Shown piece after piece: positions 34,116 through 45,838 of a stretch of 64,000 nucleotides of DNA. Origin of the DNA: Picochlorum sp. SENEW3 (taxonomy: Eukaryota); contig CP120453.1 of the NCBI GenBank assembly GCA_034226945.1, forward strand, positions 1,116,001-1,180,000. Reading direction: 5' to 3'. The notes below the pieces were generated by a model, which saw nothing but the letters and a program-made list of their open reading frames with translations, did no database searches and was not told where the DNA came from. Made by a program: the position numbers and the translations under genes. Within the stretch, counting starts at the first letter, position 1. The number at the start of each line of letters is the position of its first letter.

Positions 34116-35446
34116 TTATGCCTTAAGACGTCCCAATGCCTTGGCTTTCTCTTCGCTGGTCTGGAATCTACCATGTCCAAACTTGGAAGCAGTATCGATG
34201 AACTTGACAGTGACCTCCTCCAAGGCAGATCTCTTGGTCTGTGGGAAGAGAGTCTTTCTGAGGGTGACCACTCTCTTCTTTGTTCCTGGGCATGCTCCCT
34301 TGATCATAACATAGTCCTCATTGACAACACCGTAGTGAGGGAATCCACCCATTGGGGTAATATCCTTCTCAGTGACATCAAAGGTGGTGGTGGCTTTGTG
34401 GGAATCCTCTCCCTTGACTCCAACACGGTAGACCTTCTTGTTCATCTCGGTACGATGGTTCATACCCAAAGCTCCGGATCTTGCCACAGTCCAAGCAACT
34501 CTGGCTGGATGCCAGGCTCCAATGCAAGCAACCTTACGGAGACCACGATGGGTCTTGCGAGGAAGACGGCTGACTCCCCATCTGGTCACGACACCCTCAG
34601 TTCCACGACCCTTGGTGATAGCGATGGTATCAATCATCTCGTTCGCGGAGAAGATGGTGGAGACTGGGACTGGCTTCTCGAGAAGACCAGCAGCAAAGTC
34701 AACCTTCTCTGCAACAGATCCTCCATTCACCTGAATCTCCATGATGTGGGCCTTCTTCTGGCTGAGAGGAGTCTTGGAAATCTGAGTGTGGGCGATAACT
34801 CTAATCATATGGCAGTGCTTCTTCATCTGCTCGAGCTCAGCCTGGATCTCCTTACCACCATTGGCATGCTTGGTCACATACTTGGTGAAGGCCTTTTTCT
34901 TGGCCTTGTACCAGTTCTTGTAGAAGCGACGCTTCACTTCCTCAGACAAATGCTCAGCCCATACAGTGGTCAAAGAACGTGGTCCACGAGTGGTCTTGAC
35001 GTATCCAACGACACCGACAACAACCATTGGTGGGGTCTCAATGATGGTGACGGCCTCAGCAACCTCCTTCTTGTGTGCCTTGGATCCTGGCTTGTCTACA
35101 TCACGAGTGATGTGGGTCATTCCAGCTTTGTATCCCATAAATGCTGTGAGATGTGGCTTGGCGGATGGGTCATCGCGTGGGAAGGACTTGACCTTTCCCT
35201 TTCCGCGCTTGCAGCGCTTCTTTGGCATGAATCCCAAAGAACCCAAACGTGGGTGCTCGAACTGCAACCAGGGAGAATAATTCAATCAGTTATATGCTTG
35301 AAATATATATAAAGTGCAATACAGCCTGGTATCTGTCCAATCTGTGCGTCGCCGTCGCACAGAGCCGAGTCCACCGCCGACGCAATCGTAGCGGCGGAAA
35401 GACAATAGCTCTTGAGCTCCTTCCAACGTACCTTTCTATGAGACAT
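34116..35446 (-). CDS. RPL3: 60S ribosomal protein L3; 15-nt exon 1 (MSHRK), intron 35431-35262
   Basis: [44 protein letters not shown]. Confidence 0.98.
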
Positions 35447-35749
35447 GGTGTTTCTATTCTGTATCAAGTCAAATTAATGATATCGATGAATTCGAAAGGG
35501 CAGAATATGGGGCACGCAAAGGTATTTGGCCTCTGTGAAGGGACAACAGCGTTCTTCGAATGTGGACTCGGTCGGATGGGTGGATTGACAGGTCGGAGTA
35601 TGTGGATGTACACTGGTCCTATCAACTGCCTTGTTTGATGGGATAGTCCAATGACCCTTGCTTGATGGACCTCGTGTGCTTCATACTCTCGTCTCACTAA
35701 TGGCATTTGCGTATTTTTTATATACAACAACGCGTATAGTTTGAACAAG

Positions 35750-36155
35750 ATGGAAGTTCCAGCAGGGCAGGATGGAATTCAGCAGCTTTTGCAGGCCGAG
35801 CAGGAAGCCCAGATGATCGTGAATAAAGCTCGTCAAGGTTTGTGATGCTTTTGCCAACGGTTTTGTTTGTGCTCCTTGTGTTGTACTCACATACGCATAT
35901 TATGGTTTATCTGCAGCAAAGACTGAGCGATTGAGACAAGCGAAGGAAGACGCTGCCAGAGAGGTTTCGGCATATAAGAAGGAAAAAGAGGATGAATTCA
36001 ACAAATCCATCGAGTATGATGCCAATGAGAGCCAATCTGCGAAATCCAATATGCAAAAGGAGACGGATGAACTTGTGAACAAGGTGCACGCGAGTACAAA
36101 GGCAAACAAGAATATTGTCTTGGACCTTTTGTTAAAGCAGGTCAAGTCTGTGTAG
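35750..36155 (+). CDS. VHA-G: V-ATPase subunit G; intron 35838-35916
   Basis: GIQQLLQAEQEAQMIVNKARQ|AKTERLRQAKEDA. Confidence 0.93.
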
Positions 36156-36267
36156 TGTCATCTGTCTATTTATTTCTATTCAGTTTTGTTTCTTCTTCTA
36201 TGTTCAAGTAGTAGTACAATAATGACATGCGATGAGGTGGCATTCGTTGTGTCCCTGGATGGTTTAT

Positions 36268-37263
36268 TTAAAGACACTGCTTTTTCAATGCATCCAATCT
36301 GTCAAGTACATACGTATAGAGCCGCATGTCTTGATCAAGCAAGCCTTCAATGATTTTCTTGCTCACATCACTTGGAGGGATATATTCTTTGATTCCGGTG
36401 GTTACCCTCTGCGGCTTGACCTTCTTCAACAAGTCCAACCCCCCTTTAAAAAAGGATGGGTACAGTTTCTCCATCACTGCTACAGTGCCTTCAAAATCCT
36501 CAATCGCGCCAACAGTGTATTCATAATCTATCACTTGTTTGGCCCTTTCTAAAATACTGTTTGGACTCAAAGATTTGCATTCGCCACCGTCTCGTCCGCA
36601 AAAGAAGAGGCTCTGTTTCCACCCCTTGCAGTTGAAGCATCGATCATACTCTCCTGAATCAATACAATCATCAATGGACAAATCGCCAAATTGATCAATC
36701 ACCTTTTTCCTGTCTTTTTCATCTCTATCACCATATCGGAGGTAATAATATTGACTCGTACACCGAGATACAGGATGCCGTAGCACATTGATGTAGGCCA
36801 CCCGATCGTCAGTAATCTCTGGAAAGTGAAAGTGTTGGGCAATCACCGTCTTTGTATTCGTTTTCAGCGCCTCCTTCACAGCCTTTCGTACAGCTTCATA
36901 GTCATGAGAAGGCATATCAAACCATCCCAGCATTTTAAATCCATGCTTTGATGATAATTTGCTCAGCAAGTTTGTCATGGATGAAGACCCTGCTTTGGGC
37001 ACCCTATTGTATATCAAAACCAGCGGATCTTTCGGTGTACACGCGGAAGTATCACGCGTCGTCGTCGACTCTGTACTTTTCTGCTTGTTGTCACGTGTCG
37101 GCGTCACCGACTCGAGTGGTATGGTCGTCAACGCATATCCACCAACCACCACGAGTAGGACGAGCCCCACAACCACCCCGATGGTTTTAGGCCGTTGGTA
37201 CCAGGCAGCCTCCTCCGAGGTCTTTTTTGTAGGTTTTCCTGATATAAGATTCAAACTTTCCAT
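36268..37263 (-). CDS. Type II membrane sulfotransferase, heparan-sulfate 2-O/uronyl 2-sulfotransferase-like
   Basis: N-terminal TM; YNRVPKAGSSS (5'-PAPS loop); YINVLRHPVSRCTSQYYYLRYGD. Confidence 0.85.
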   Translation of the reverse strand: MESLNLISGKPTKKTSEEAAWYQRPKTIGVVVGLVLLVVVGGYALTTIPLESVTPTRDNKQKSTESTTTRDTSACTPKDPLVLIYNRVPKAGSSSMTNLLSKLSSKHGFKMLGWFDMPSHDYEAVRKAVKEALKTNTKTVIAQHFHFPEITDDRVAYINVLRHPVSRCTSQYYYLRYGDRDEKDRKKVIDQFGDLSIDDCIDSGEYDRCFNCKGWKQSLFFCGRDGGECKSLSPNSILERAKQVIDYEYTVGAIEDFEGTVAVMEKLYPSFFKGGLDLLKKVKPQRVTTGIKEYIPPSDVSKKIIEGLLDQDMRLYTYVLDRLDALKKQCL

Positions 37264-37629
37264 CTAGAAGACAATGCTACCGCTGCGAGCGGACACCGTT
37301 CCAATCAGATCGAACTACAATACAACGTCGCAGTTGGTACCTCCTATCATCGGTGTCTTGTGCACCGTATATATTAATGAAGTATATATAATACTGCCAA
37401 TGCAGTAGGGGTCGTATCATTGCAAGGGCAACATTAACCTTGACAGCCAGGTTCCTTTTCATGGCAAAAAAAAACACCCTGTTGCCTGTTGAGGAAAAAA
37501 CAACAAACGGAAGAACAATTTCTGTCATGTCATGCAAAAAACAATATAACGTGATACATAAATCATCCATGATATTACATTCTCATCTATATATGGTAAG
37601 AAGTAGCTACGAAGAAAGAAATTTAGAGC

Positions 37630-38479
37630 TCATACTGATGGCAAAAAGTGTTCTAATGGAAGTCCACGCTCACGAGCAACATCCTTGAAAGTCCTCATGG
37701 CTTTCAATCCCTCAACAGTAGCTTTTGCGTTATTCAATGCATTATCACTTCCCAACTGCTTTCCGAATCCATTCTTCACTCCAGCAAGTTCCAATACGGC
37801 ACGTACAGCTCCTCCAGCAATAACACCAGTACCCTCTGCGGCAGGACGAAGCATAACTCTGGCAGCTCCGAACACGCCATCGAATCTATGTGGGAAGGAG
37901 TAAGACTTGCTTAATGGCACGGTCACCAAATTACGCTTTGCATCCACAGCAGCCTTCTGGACTGCCATGACCACCTCCTTGGCAGAGGCGCATCCAACAC
38001 CGACAGTTCCATTCTCGTTTCCGACAACAACCTGAATATTCACATTCAAAGAAAATGTTATAGTTCTACCATCGCACACGCATAGCAACCCACAGGGGGT
38101 GTTCTTCCACTCCACACAAACAAGTGTCGAGAGAACCACCACATATCATGCATTGACCTACCACTGCTCTGAATCTCAATTGCTTTCCTCCTTTAACGAC
38201 CTTGGTGACACGACGAACTTGAATCACTCTATCCTGGAAGCCATCGTTCTCTCCGAATTTATCGCCGTCCCGTCTTGCAGCTACCACAGTCGCCATTCCA
38301 CGGCGCTCTGCGGACAAATGCTGCTGTGCATTGTTCTTTACAAGCAATGTAGAATTGGCAATCGTTCCTCTGCTAGAGATTGCTTGCACAGAGGACAAGC
38401 GTGGTGCGGCGATAGCCACACGGCCGCTCGTCTTTACAGCACCATTCATGTGGTTGCAAGTAGGCGTACGGGACATCAT
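37630..38479 (-). CDS. PRPS5: Nuclear-encoded plastid ribosomal protein S5; intron 38161-38032
   Basis: Transit peptide; [29 protein letters not shown]. Confidence 0.95.
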
Positions 38480-38734
38480 TGTAAAATGTATATATCGATT
38501 GACAATATGGGGGCGTTTGAGGGACAATGTGCTATTGTGATGGATTTCTGGTCGAGATTGTAGTAAGTCTCGTATCACGAGACATAGCTCCCATGAATGG
38601 TGATTTTGATAGGAAGGCCAGATGTAGATCGATCATCGCCCCTCATGCATCTCCATGTACTGTCGCCCACATCGATGGATTGAATCTCATAATACGTATT
38701 ACATGGCGTATGAAATATATGAAAATTGTACCCA

Positions 38735-39817
38735 TCATCCGACACGGCGCCGAGAGGACAGGCGATGGATCAGCCCCGATGCTGTCGCAAAGAGGGACTG
38801 CTGTCGTTTGAGCCTTCTCTTTTCCGCGACTGAATACGTCAGCAATCGCCTCCTCGCCGCCAATCCACTGATCGGAAGTGCTTTGTGTCTTATTCCTGGT
38901 GGCATCTTTGGTGTGAGGGAATTGAACACCCATGTGCAGCATCCTTTGATGGCCCTCCACACCCGTGACCCTTGATGTGGTGGCTCTGCAAGAGGCTGGG
39001 AGAAATCTCTGGATCGCGCGCCTTGCAGCCATGAAGAATCTTCTAAGATTCCATGAGAGCATTTCGCACACTCTGCAGCGTGCGATCTGAACTCCATCTC
39101 GATAGCAAACTGACACAAGACAAAGTTTCTGAAATATGCTGCAACGCTTGGTCCACACCTGGTGGCTATCGCATCCAACATCTCGAGTGTCCATTCAATG
39201 ACAAGGCAGTCCTTTTCAGCTACAACTTCAAAACTGACATCTTCCTTTTCAAACCCAGTATATACACCGAGAATATTCAGCAAACTTTTATCAGTCATCA
39301 TTCCACTGAGAAACGGGGCAGAGGTTCCCTCTGCATCATCTTTCGATCGCCTGATACACCGAGCTTTTCCTTCAATCAATAAAATGAGTTTCTGTGTCGC
39401 TTCCACAGGATTAAGAATCATCTCATTGGCTGCCACTCGTCTGAAAGACCCTCTACTGATGATTGCTTTTGCTTCCAAACCTTCACACCCACCTCGTCTG
39501 TATAGGAAATGATACACCTGCTGCTCATCCTCTGATGCAAATGAAATGGGTCGTTCATCCCAGAGAAGCTGAAGGATGGCTGCAAAGTGCACGACGCAGT
39601 TGATAGAACTCCAAATCAGTCCATCTAGAGAAATAGAACCAGAAAATGCAAACAAAGGCCACCGTTGAAACCCGGTCACAGATCCTGTGAGCAACCAAAC
39701 ATACGCTAAGAATAAGAAGATCCTGATGATGAGGATGTCACCGAACAAGCCCGCCAATGTAAAGCATGCACTAGCAGCTTGCTGCCAAGGACCTGCAGGC
39801 TGTATAATTGTCGTCAT
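38735..39817 (-). CDS. Popeye (POPDC/BVES)-like membrane protein with cNMP-binding-like domain
   Basis: Three N-terminal TM segments (DILIIR...W..IN..H...L..E), then VYHFLY, LILLIEG, VVAEKDCLVIEW. Confidence 0.65.
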   Translation of the reverse strand: MTTIIQPAGPWQQAASACFTLAGLFGDILIIRIFLFLAYVWLLTGSVTGFQRWPLFAFSGSISLDGLIWSSINCVVHFAAILQLLWDERPISFASEDEQQVYHFLYRRGGCEGLEAKAIISRGSFRRVAANEMILNPVEATQKLILLIEGKARCIRRSKDDAEGTSAPFLSGMMTDKSLLNILGVYTGFEKEDVSFEVVAEKDCLVIEWTLEMLDAIATRCGPSVAAYFRNFVLCQFAIEMEFRSHAAECAKCSHGILEDSSWLQGARSRDFSQPLAEPPHQGSRVWRAIKGCCTWVFNSLTPKMPPGIRHKALPISGLAARRRLLTYSVAEKRRLKRQQSLFATASGLIHRLSSRRRVG

Positions 39818-39891
39818 GATGCCATCGTTGCATCTAATAACCACGCGGTATCTTGTATTTTCCCTACTCTATTTTATATACTATAAAAATA

Positions 39892-41706
39892 ATGTTGAAT
39901 ACAAGAGAGATTGAAGAGCAGAGTGATGAGGAGGAGCATTGGGGTGAAGATGCGTTTCCTGGAACTCGTAGGCCTAGCGTTTCAAACCGAGCGTCATGGG
40001 GATGCTTGTCGTCTGTGGTCGTGTGCTGGCTGCTGAGTTTGTACTCGATATATTATAGACCTGATACACATAGAAAAGGGATGGTGGATTGTTATGGCGC
40101 TAATGCGAATGTGACTGTGAGATACGAGGGTTTTGATGTTTCTTCCTTGTCTAGTTTTGGAATATTTAGTGGTTTGGGAGAGAATGATACGCTTCTGCCG
40201 ACTGCTCAAGAGTTTGTTGTCGTAGGGATACACCCTGTGGATGCATGTGAGCCTCTTGAGGATGTTATTGTACCTAATGTGACCAAGGTGGATGGAACAA
40301 TGTCACATGCTGCACTTGTGGGGAAGGGTGGTTGCACGTTTGCTCAGAAATTCGACAACTTGAAGAATGCTGGAATATCTCTTATGATCGAATATGATAC
40401 TATTCATGATGATTCATGTGTTCGTATGAATTTGACGAGCAATGAGACGTCTCACCGTGTGCCTGGTTCAGAGTTCATGGGTGGGGTGAGCATTACGAGT
40501 AGGACTGCGTATACTGCAATTCTACCATTTCTCCCGAATGATACCCACGCTGGCGAACAACAATATGTTCTTGAAACACAAGTGTATAGTAAGAATAGAA
40601 CGACGGGTGCCGTGATTATAGGGATTTCTGAACCAGAACGCCATGGTATACTCTTTGGAGTTGTTGATGCAGCTCAAATCATTCTTCTTGTGTATGCTGT
40701 GTGCGCAATCGCCATGGGATCATGGTGGGCTAGCTGTCGGGATACAGATGAATACAGAATGTATCGGATATCCGAAACAGATTCTGTGTCGACGGCGAAA
40801 CGGGAGGAAGATTCATATGTCCTGTCATTGAGAACAGCATGGTCATTTGTGTTTTTGGCAAGTTTCATGCTACTCATCATGTTTTTCCTCTCATCCTCAG
40901 TTCTCGCATCACTCTTTGCATTATTATTTGCGGTTTCTGGATGGGAAAGTACACACATGGTTGTTTCTCGTTCAGTACAGAGAATACTCATGCCATTGGT
41001 GCCCCTTGAAGTTCTTCATGTGCTTGATATAGTGTCGTTGGTAGGAGCGACAGTTGTCGCGGGTGGGTGGTTATTGGCGAGAGATACATCATATTGGTGG
41101 ATTGGTCAAGATATTCTAGCCTTCTTTTTGATCGTCGTGACTCTGGATGCCATCCGAATCCCAACAATGAAAATAGGTGTTGTGCTCTTGTTGGGTGCAC
41201 TCGTGTATGATGTATTTTGGGTGTATATACAGCCTGAAATTACTGGAACGGCAAGTGTCATGGTGAGTGTGGTAAAAGGATTATCTCTGCCTTTATTCAT
41301 TGCGATTCCTGCATTCTCAAGTGTGGGATCAAATGCAGCCATGTGTATTCTTGGACTTGGGGATGTAGTGCTCCCTGGGCTTTGGATTGTATTTGCAGCA
41401 GCCAGTGATGCAGCTAGCAAACATATCGACAGTACAGATGCACCGTCATATTGGTCGTCCGTCTCACTATTCTATTCTACTCTTGCTGGGTATGTTGTTG
41501 GGCTTGTGTTGACAAATATAGCACTGTGGCTCAACATTGGTGGTCAGGGAGGGCAACCTGCGCTCTTGTACATCATCCCATGTATTCTTGGGATATATTG
41601 TCTGGTTGCATGGAGAAAGAAGCAATTACACGTCTTGTGGAAATTACATGGCCGGCACCATGCATCATCTCTTGGTGTTGAAGAAGAAGAAGAACCCCTT
41701 TTGTAA
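39892..41706 (+). CDS. Signal peptide peptidase-like aspartyl protease with PA domain
   Basis: GGCTFAQK (PA domain), YDVFWV, LGLGD, GQPALLY. Confidence 0.93.
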   Translation: MLNTREIEEQSDEEEHWGEDAFPGTRRPSVSNRASWGCLSSVVVCWLLSLYSIYYRPDTHRKGMVDCYGANANVTVRYEGFDVSSLSSFGIFSGLGENDTLLPTAQEFVVVGIHPVDACEPLEDVIVPNVTKVDGTMSHAALVGKGGCTFAQKFDNLKNAGISLMIEYDTIHDDSCVRMNLTSNETSHRVPGSEFMGGVSITSRTAYTAILPFLPNDTHAGEQQYVLETQVYSKNRTTGAVIIGISEPERHGILFGVVDAAQIILLVYAVCAIAMGSWWASCRDTDEYRMYRISETDSVSTAKREEDSYVLSLRTAWSFVFLASFMLLIMFFLSSSVLASLFALLFAVSGWESTHMVVSRSVQRILMPLVPLEVLHVLDIVSLVGATVVAGGWLLARDTSYWWIGQDILAFFLIVVTLDAIRIPTMKIGVVLLLGALVYDVFWVYIQPEITGTASVMVSVVKGLSLPLFIAIPAFSSVGSNAAMCILGLGDVVLPGLWIVFAAASDAASKHIDSTDAPSYWSSVSLFYSTLAGYVVGLVLTNIALWLNIGGQGGQPALLYIIPCILGIYCLVAWRKKQLHVLWKLHGRHHASSLGVEEEEEPLL

Positions 41707-41738
41707 AGGAAAAAAAAAGCATTACATCAACAATAATA

Positions 41739-42609
41739 TTACTGTACAGCATTCCACGTCTCAAACAATGTTTTCTGACGACTTCCATTATCAGAAAGTG
41801 GCTGTGCCGATGGAGGCTTGTATCCCCTCTTTAATATGGCAGTTGTTGCTGCCTTGCGCCGGACAGACGGCTGCGGTCCCCTGACAGCAGAGGCCCCAAA
41901 ATCAAGTCGCTTTGGCGCAGCATTCTTCTGTGGAGAAGTACCATCCACACTTTCTTGGCTCAAATCCATGACATCATCCATGGCAACATCAGGGAGCGGC
42001 GACCCAGCAGGATATCCTTTTTGGCCAGCATATGGCTGCAGCGGAGATCCAGGTGGAACAGGCAAAGCTCTTTGTGGACCAAGCAGACCATATCCTCGCC
42101 CCCCTGACATTCCATGATGCATCATAGCCTCCTTGTTATTCTCATTGTATACGTCACTTGGCAAATCCTTGCCCGGGTGAGCAGGAATGTCCACCCAGAC
42201 AAACTCTGAATCACAGTGCACATTATACAGTCGCTGCTGCTGTTCGCCATTCTTCCCAGCGCATACATGGCCATCCAAGTTCTTCTCCATCATACAACCA
42301 GTCTTCATATCAATTTTATATCGATGTGCAGGACAGACAATGCACGTATGCCCATTCCCCAGGTCCTCAATATCACCTCCAACCAATGGCATTCCCATGT
42401 GAAAGCAGTGAGCATCCATCACACTATACTCCCCCCCATGAGGGTTCCTCACCACCAAGAGCCTCATACCAAAGCACTCCTGCACCAACCATGGACATTG
42501 ATGAATACCGATGTCGCCATTTGGTTTTTTTCTTGGGCAACCAAACACACACCTTCTCCACCTTCTCACCGGGGCGAATCTCATCGACACGCGCTATCCG
42601 TACAATCAT
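41739..42609 (-). CDS. Rieske [2Fe-2S] protein (RFESD-like) with long disordered tail; intron 42552-42480
   Basis: DAHCFHMG ... IVCPAH; exon 1 MIVRIARVDEIRPGEKVEK splices in frame to ECFG. Confidence 0.85.
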
Positions 42610-43089
42610 ATCGTGTTATTAAAAGAGAATGAAGATATCAATCAATCCTCTGGGTGCAGTGGAATGCGTCGCGTCCCTTGGGCCAAATCTGTCCGGAAAT
42701 GCTCCGGGTGAAGACAACGCAATATCTGCCTAGAAATAGACACAAAATATCAAAAAAATAATCTCGTTGCGTTCTTAAAATGAATAGGACGCCGATATAC
42801 GCCTATTCCTCCAACGAGACTACGATCGTTGCAACGACCCAGTTGGGTACCCACGTGAAACCCAACAACAGTCTTTGACAACGTTACACGTTGATACTAT
42901 AAATTGTAATATCTCTGAAAAACAAATAAAACAGTATCGGAGTGGTATGGTCCATTCATTTGATCCAGCGCAGGAGTGCCACCAATCGATCCATTCGAGG
43001 CGCCTTCAGGTGAAGGCGGGAATTCCTGAATGCTCCTCAGTTCACAAAAGGCGCCAACATCACCTCTATATATACACGCATTGCATGTT

Positions 43090-45435
43090 CTAGGTGGGGA
43101 TCGCTATGCTGATGACGACCATCATATACAGAGAGTACCAAGCCATCATGAGCCATCCTACCCATGAGGGCAGACGCTGTTTGTTTGCAATGGCTAGCAC
43201 GACAATGGCAATGCAATTGATTGCTGCGAATGCGCACCCAGTGAATACAATGGCATCGAACTCAATTGCTGCTGACGATATTCCAGCGTCTGAGAAATAG
43301 AATAAGAATCCTAGGCCGAGTCCCAGAAGCAAGTTGAATAATGGACCGGCAAAGCATGCTGTCATGGCCATGGATGCACCACCTGTGGATCTCATTGCCA
43401 TGCTAATGTTTGCCATGAGATCTGTGAGGGAATTTCCCCATGCAAGAATCGTCAAGCCTAGTATAGATGGTTTGATATGTCCAATAATGCCAAATGCGTG
43501 GATCACGCCGACAATCTCTCCAGCAACAGCATCAATCCACATGGCCGCGATGGCAAAACCAACCATGCCAATTATGGCCGGGCCAATGGGGAAGCCCGTT
43601 CCACAGGACCATAGCATGGGTGCATCAATATCTTCGGCCACCAAGTTTTTGGTATAATACCAGGATAAGGCTGCGAATATCCCAGAAGAACATATTGCGA
43701 CAAGAAGCATCCACCAGGAGGGAGAGAACTCTGTGAAATACAGCAGAGACCATAGTGGGGATAGGGCACACGAGGCAACAAACCAGGATTGTTCACGACA
43801 TGCTGTGTCAAACATAGGTATTGTTCCCTTTAAAATGTATTTTAGGGGCCGTATCCCGGTGTCTGCTGCGTTCGAAATTGCTTTCCACAGATTCAATACT
43901 GTTGTCTTGACGTTGGATGACTCTGAAGGCATTGGGCCATCGTCCGGTGGCGAGAATCGAACCACCTTTGGTCTTCTACCTTCAATGTGATCCTCTATTT
44001 CATTTCTATCGTCTAGATTCTTTTTCTCGTCCTCACATATAGTCTCAAGCATTTCTTCCAATTGAGATGAGCGCTCTCTGAGGAATTTGTCATCAAAATG
44101 AATAGCATGGAACGTCTTTGCATCAGACATATCTGCCAATGCTCTCGTCCTATATTCTGAAGTACTCATATGGATGAGTGCATCATATTCGAGTCGCCCT
44201 TTCCTCGGGCTTGTTGCTGGCTCAGTTGCTGCCCGAGTAACCCTCCCACTGCTGGTGCCTATTTCTGGGCCAACCCCCATAGTATCCTGATCCTCCTCCT
44301 CCTGGTCCTCCTCTTCATCTGCCTCAATATCTCTGAGTCGACTGCCGCCCCATGTAGCTCTTTCGGTCACGTGTCCAGCTTTCCTGGGACTTTCCATCAT
44401 TTCCAGTTCTGATGATGCATTGCTTCCTCCATTCCCATCTCCAGGTAAATGTTCATACTGAAGCATCGCTTCTTCTCCTTCTAATACACCATCGTTAGGT
44501 AAAAGAGACGATTTCACCCTCTCTATAAAGCTTGTACGATGTCCCTCATCTTCCCACTGGGAAGATGGTGAAAACAAAGAAAGCAGGCCAGCCCACTCAA
44601 CCCCAGCCCTCTTGGTGAAATCAGCAATCGCGACGATAATAACATACAAGACATATATTCCCATAAGTACACACACCACAGCAAAGGTGATTTCTCCAAA
44701 CAACACAATAACCATAACTGCGCAGACTGCAAAGCATAGAACAAGCACATCTCTCATCTGTGCAGCCCTGCACTTGATTCCTCCACTCAATGACACGAGT
44801 CTTCCAGCAACAACGCATCCCACGAACATGACACTTCCTACCAAAGATCCCATCGCCAGATGAATATTACCAGACTCTATTGCAGCAATGGAAGATGACA
44901 AATCTGGTGCTCCATTCCCCAATGCCAACAAGGTCACACCGGCCAGTCGAGGAGGTAACCCCATATCCTGAGATATTTGAGACAATATCGTACTAAAGTA
45001 TGCATCTGCCGTGAACCCCATCACCTTGAAGAGAGCTAAGAGCAGAAAAAAACTGCCCAGAATGATGCATGGTTTGACCAACACTGTGGATACTACGCTG
45101 TCACCAGAACAGTAATAGACGACAATCAGTCGTAAGGAAATTGAGTCATCGATGCAATGCTTCCTCACAAACTCACATCGATCCTCCCACGTTACCACAG
45201 AAGGGTCTTTATGCACATCATCACACTTGAGTGTTTCTGACCCATGCACTGCAAGCAACGTATTGTTTGTCGACACAGAATGGCTCACATCAGTTTGATC
45301 AACATCCATGGACTGAACAGCGACTGGGAAATTCAACAGAACGAGAGAGAGAATCAGCAGCCGAGACAAAACACGCTTAACCCCCTGTTCTCTCCACCGT
45401 GCCCCTTTCATAGGCCACAGCGACGCCGCGACCAT
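43090..45435 (-). CDS. Cation/Ca2+ exchanger (CCX/NCLX family)
   Basis: AGVTLLALGNGAPD and LGLTILAWGNS alpha repeats; ACFAGPLFN. Confidence 0.93.
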   Translation of the reverse strand: MVAASLWPMKGARWREQGVKRVLSRLLILSLVLLNFPVAVQSMDVDQTDVSHSVSTNNTLLAVHGSETLKCDDVHKDPSVVTWEDRCEFVRKHCIDDSISLRLIVVYYCSGDSVVSTVLVKPCIILGSFFLLLALFKVMGFTADAYFSTILSQISQDMGLPPRLAGVTLLALGNGAPDLSSSIAAIESGNIHLAMGSLVGSVMFVGCVVAGRLVSLSGGIKCRAAQMRDVLVLCFAVCAVMVIVLFGEITFAVVCVLMGIYVLYVIIVAIADFTKRAGVEWAGLLSLFSPSSQWEDEGHRTSFIERVKSSLLPNDGVLEGEEAMLQYEHLPGDGNGGSNASSELEMMESPRKAGHVTERATWGGSRLRDIEADEEEDQEEEDQDTMGVGPEIGTSSGRVTRAATEPATSPRKGRLEYDALIHMSTSEYRTRALADMSDAKTFHAIHFDDKFLRERSSQLEEMLETICEDEKKNLDDRNEIEDHIEGRRPKVVRFSPPDDGPMPSESSNVKTTVLNLWKAISNAADTGIRPLKYILKGTIPMFDTACREQSWFVASCALSPLWSLLYFTEFSPSWWMLLVAICSSGIFAALSWYYTKNLVAEDIDAPMLWSCGTGFPIGPAIIGMVGFAIAAMWIDAVAGEIVGVIHAFGIIGHIKPSILGLTILAWGNSLTDLMANISMAMRSTGGASMAMTACFAGPLFNLLLGLGLGFLFYFSDAGISSAAIEFDAIVFTGCAFAAINCIAIVVLAIANKQRLPSWVGWLMMAWYSLYMMVVISIAIPT

Positions 45436-45838
45436 CCTCGGAATTTTACAACTAGTATCAGTATGTTTCAATCAGATTGAGCCTTGCCCATCATTCCAAA
45501 CCCAACAGACAAAATAATGTGTTTGTCCAAGTCTTCAAACGTCTTTCAAGGCAAAAGAATCATCGAATCGATCGACATTGACCTCCTACAGCAAGATTTC
45601 ATTACTGATGCAATTTTGCAGCATAGTATTCAACGATTTTTGAGCGCCATGCAGATTGCAGACTCCCTTCTCGTGATACACCTCGAGTCAAACATTTTAA
45701 TAATGCCTATTTACGGAGAAAAGCGTCACCCCAGACAATTCCGTCGTTGGGTCATTAATTCTCAAGTTACACAATACGAATTCAAATTATTTTAAACACA
45801 CCTTTGATTCATACGACCGATCGCACCAACCCATCCCG

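Noticed and set aside
34083..35312. 409-aa ORF antisense to RPL3
   Set aside because: Same codon-bias shadow effect
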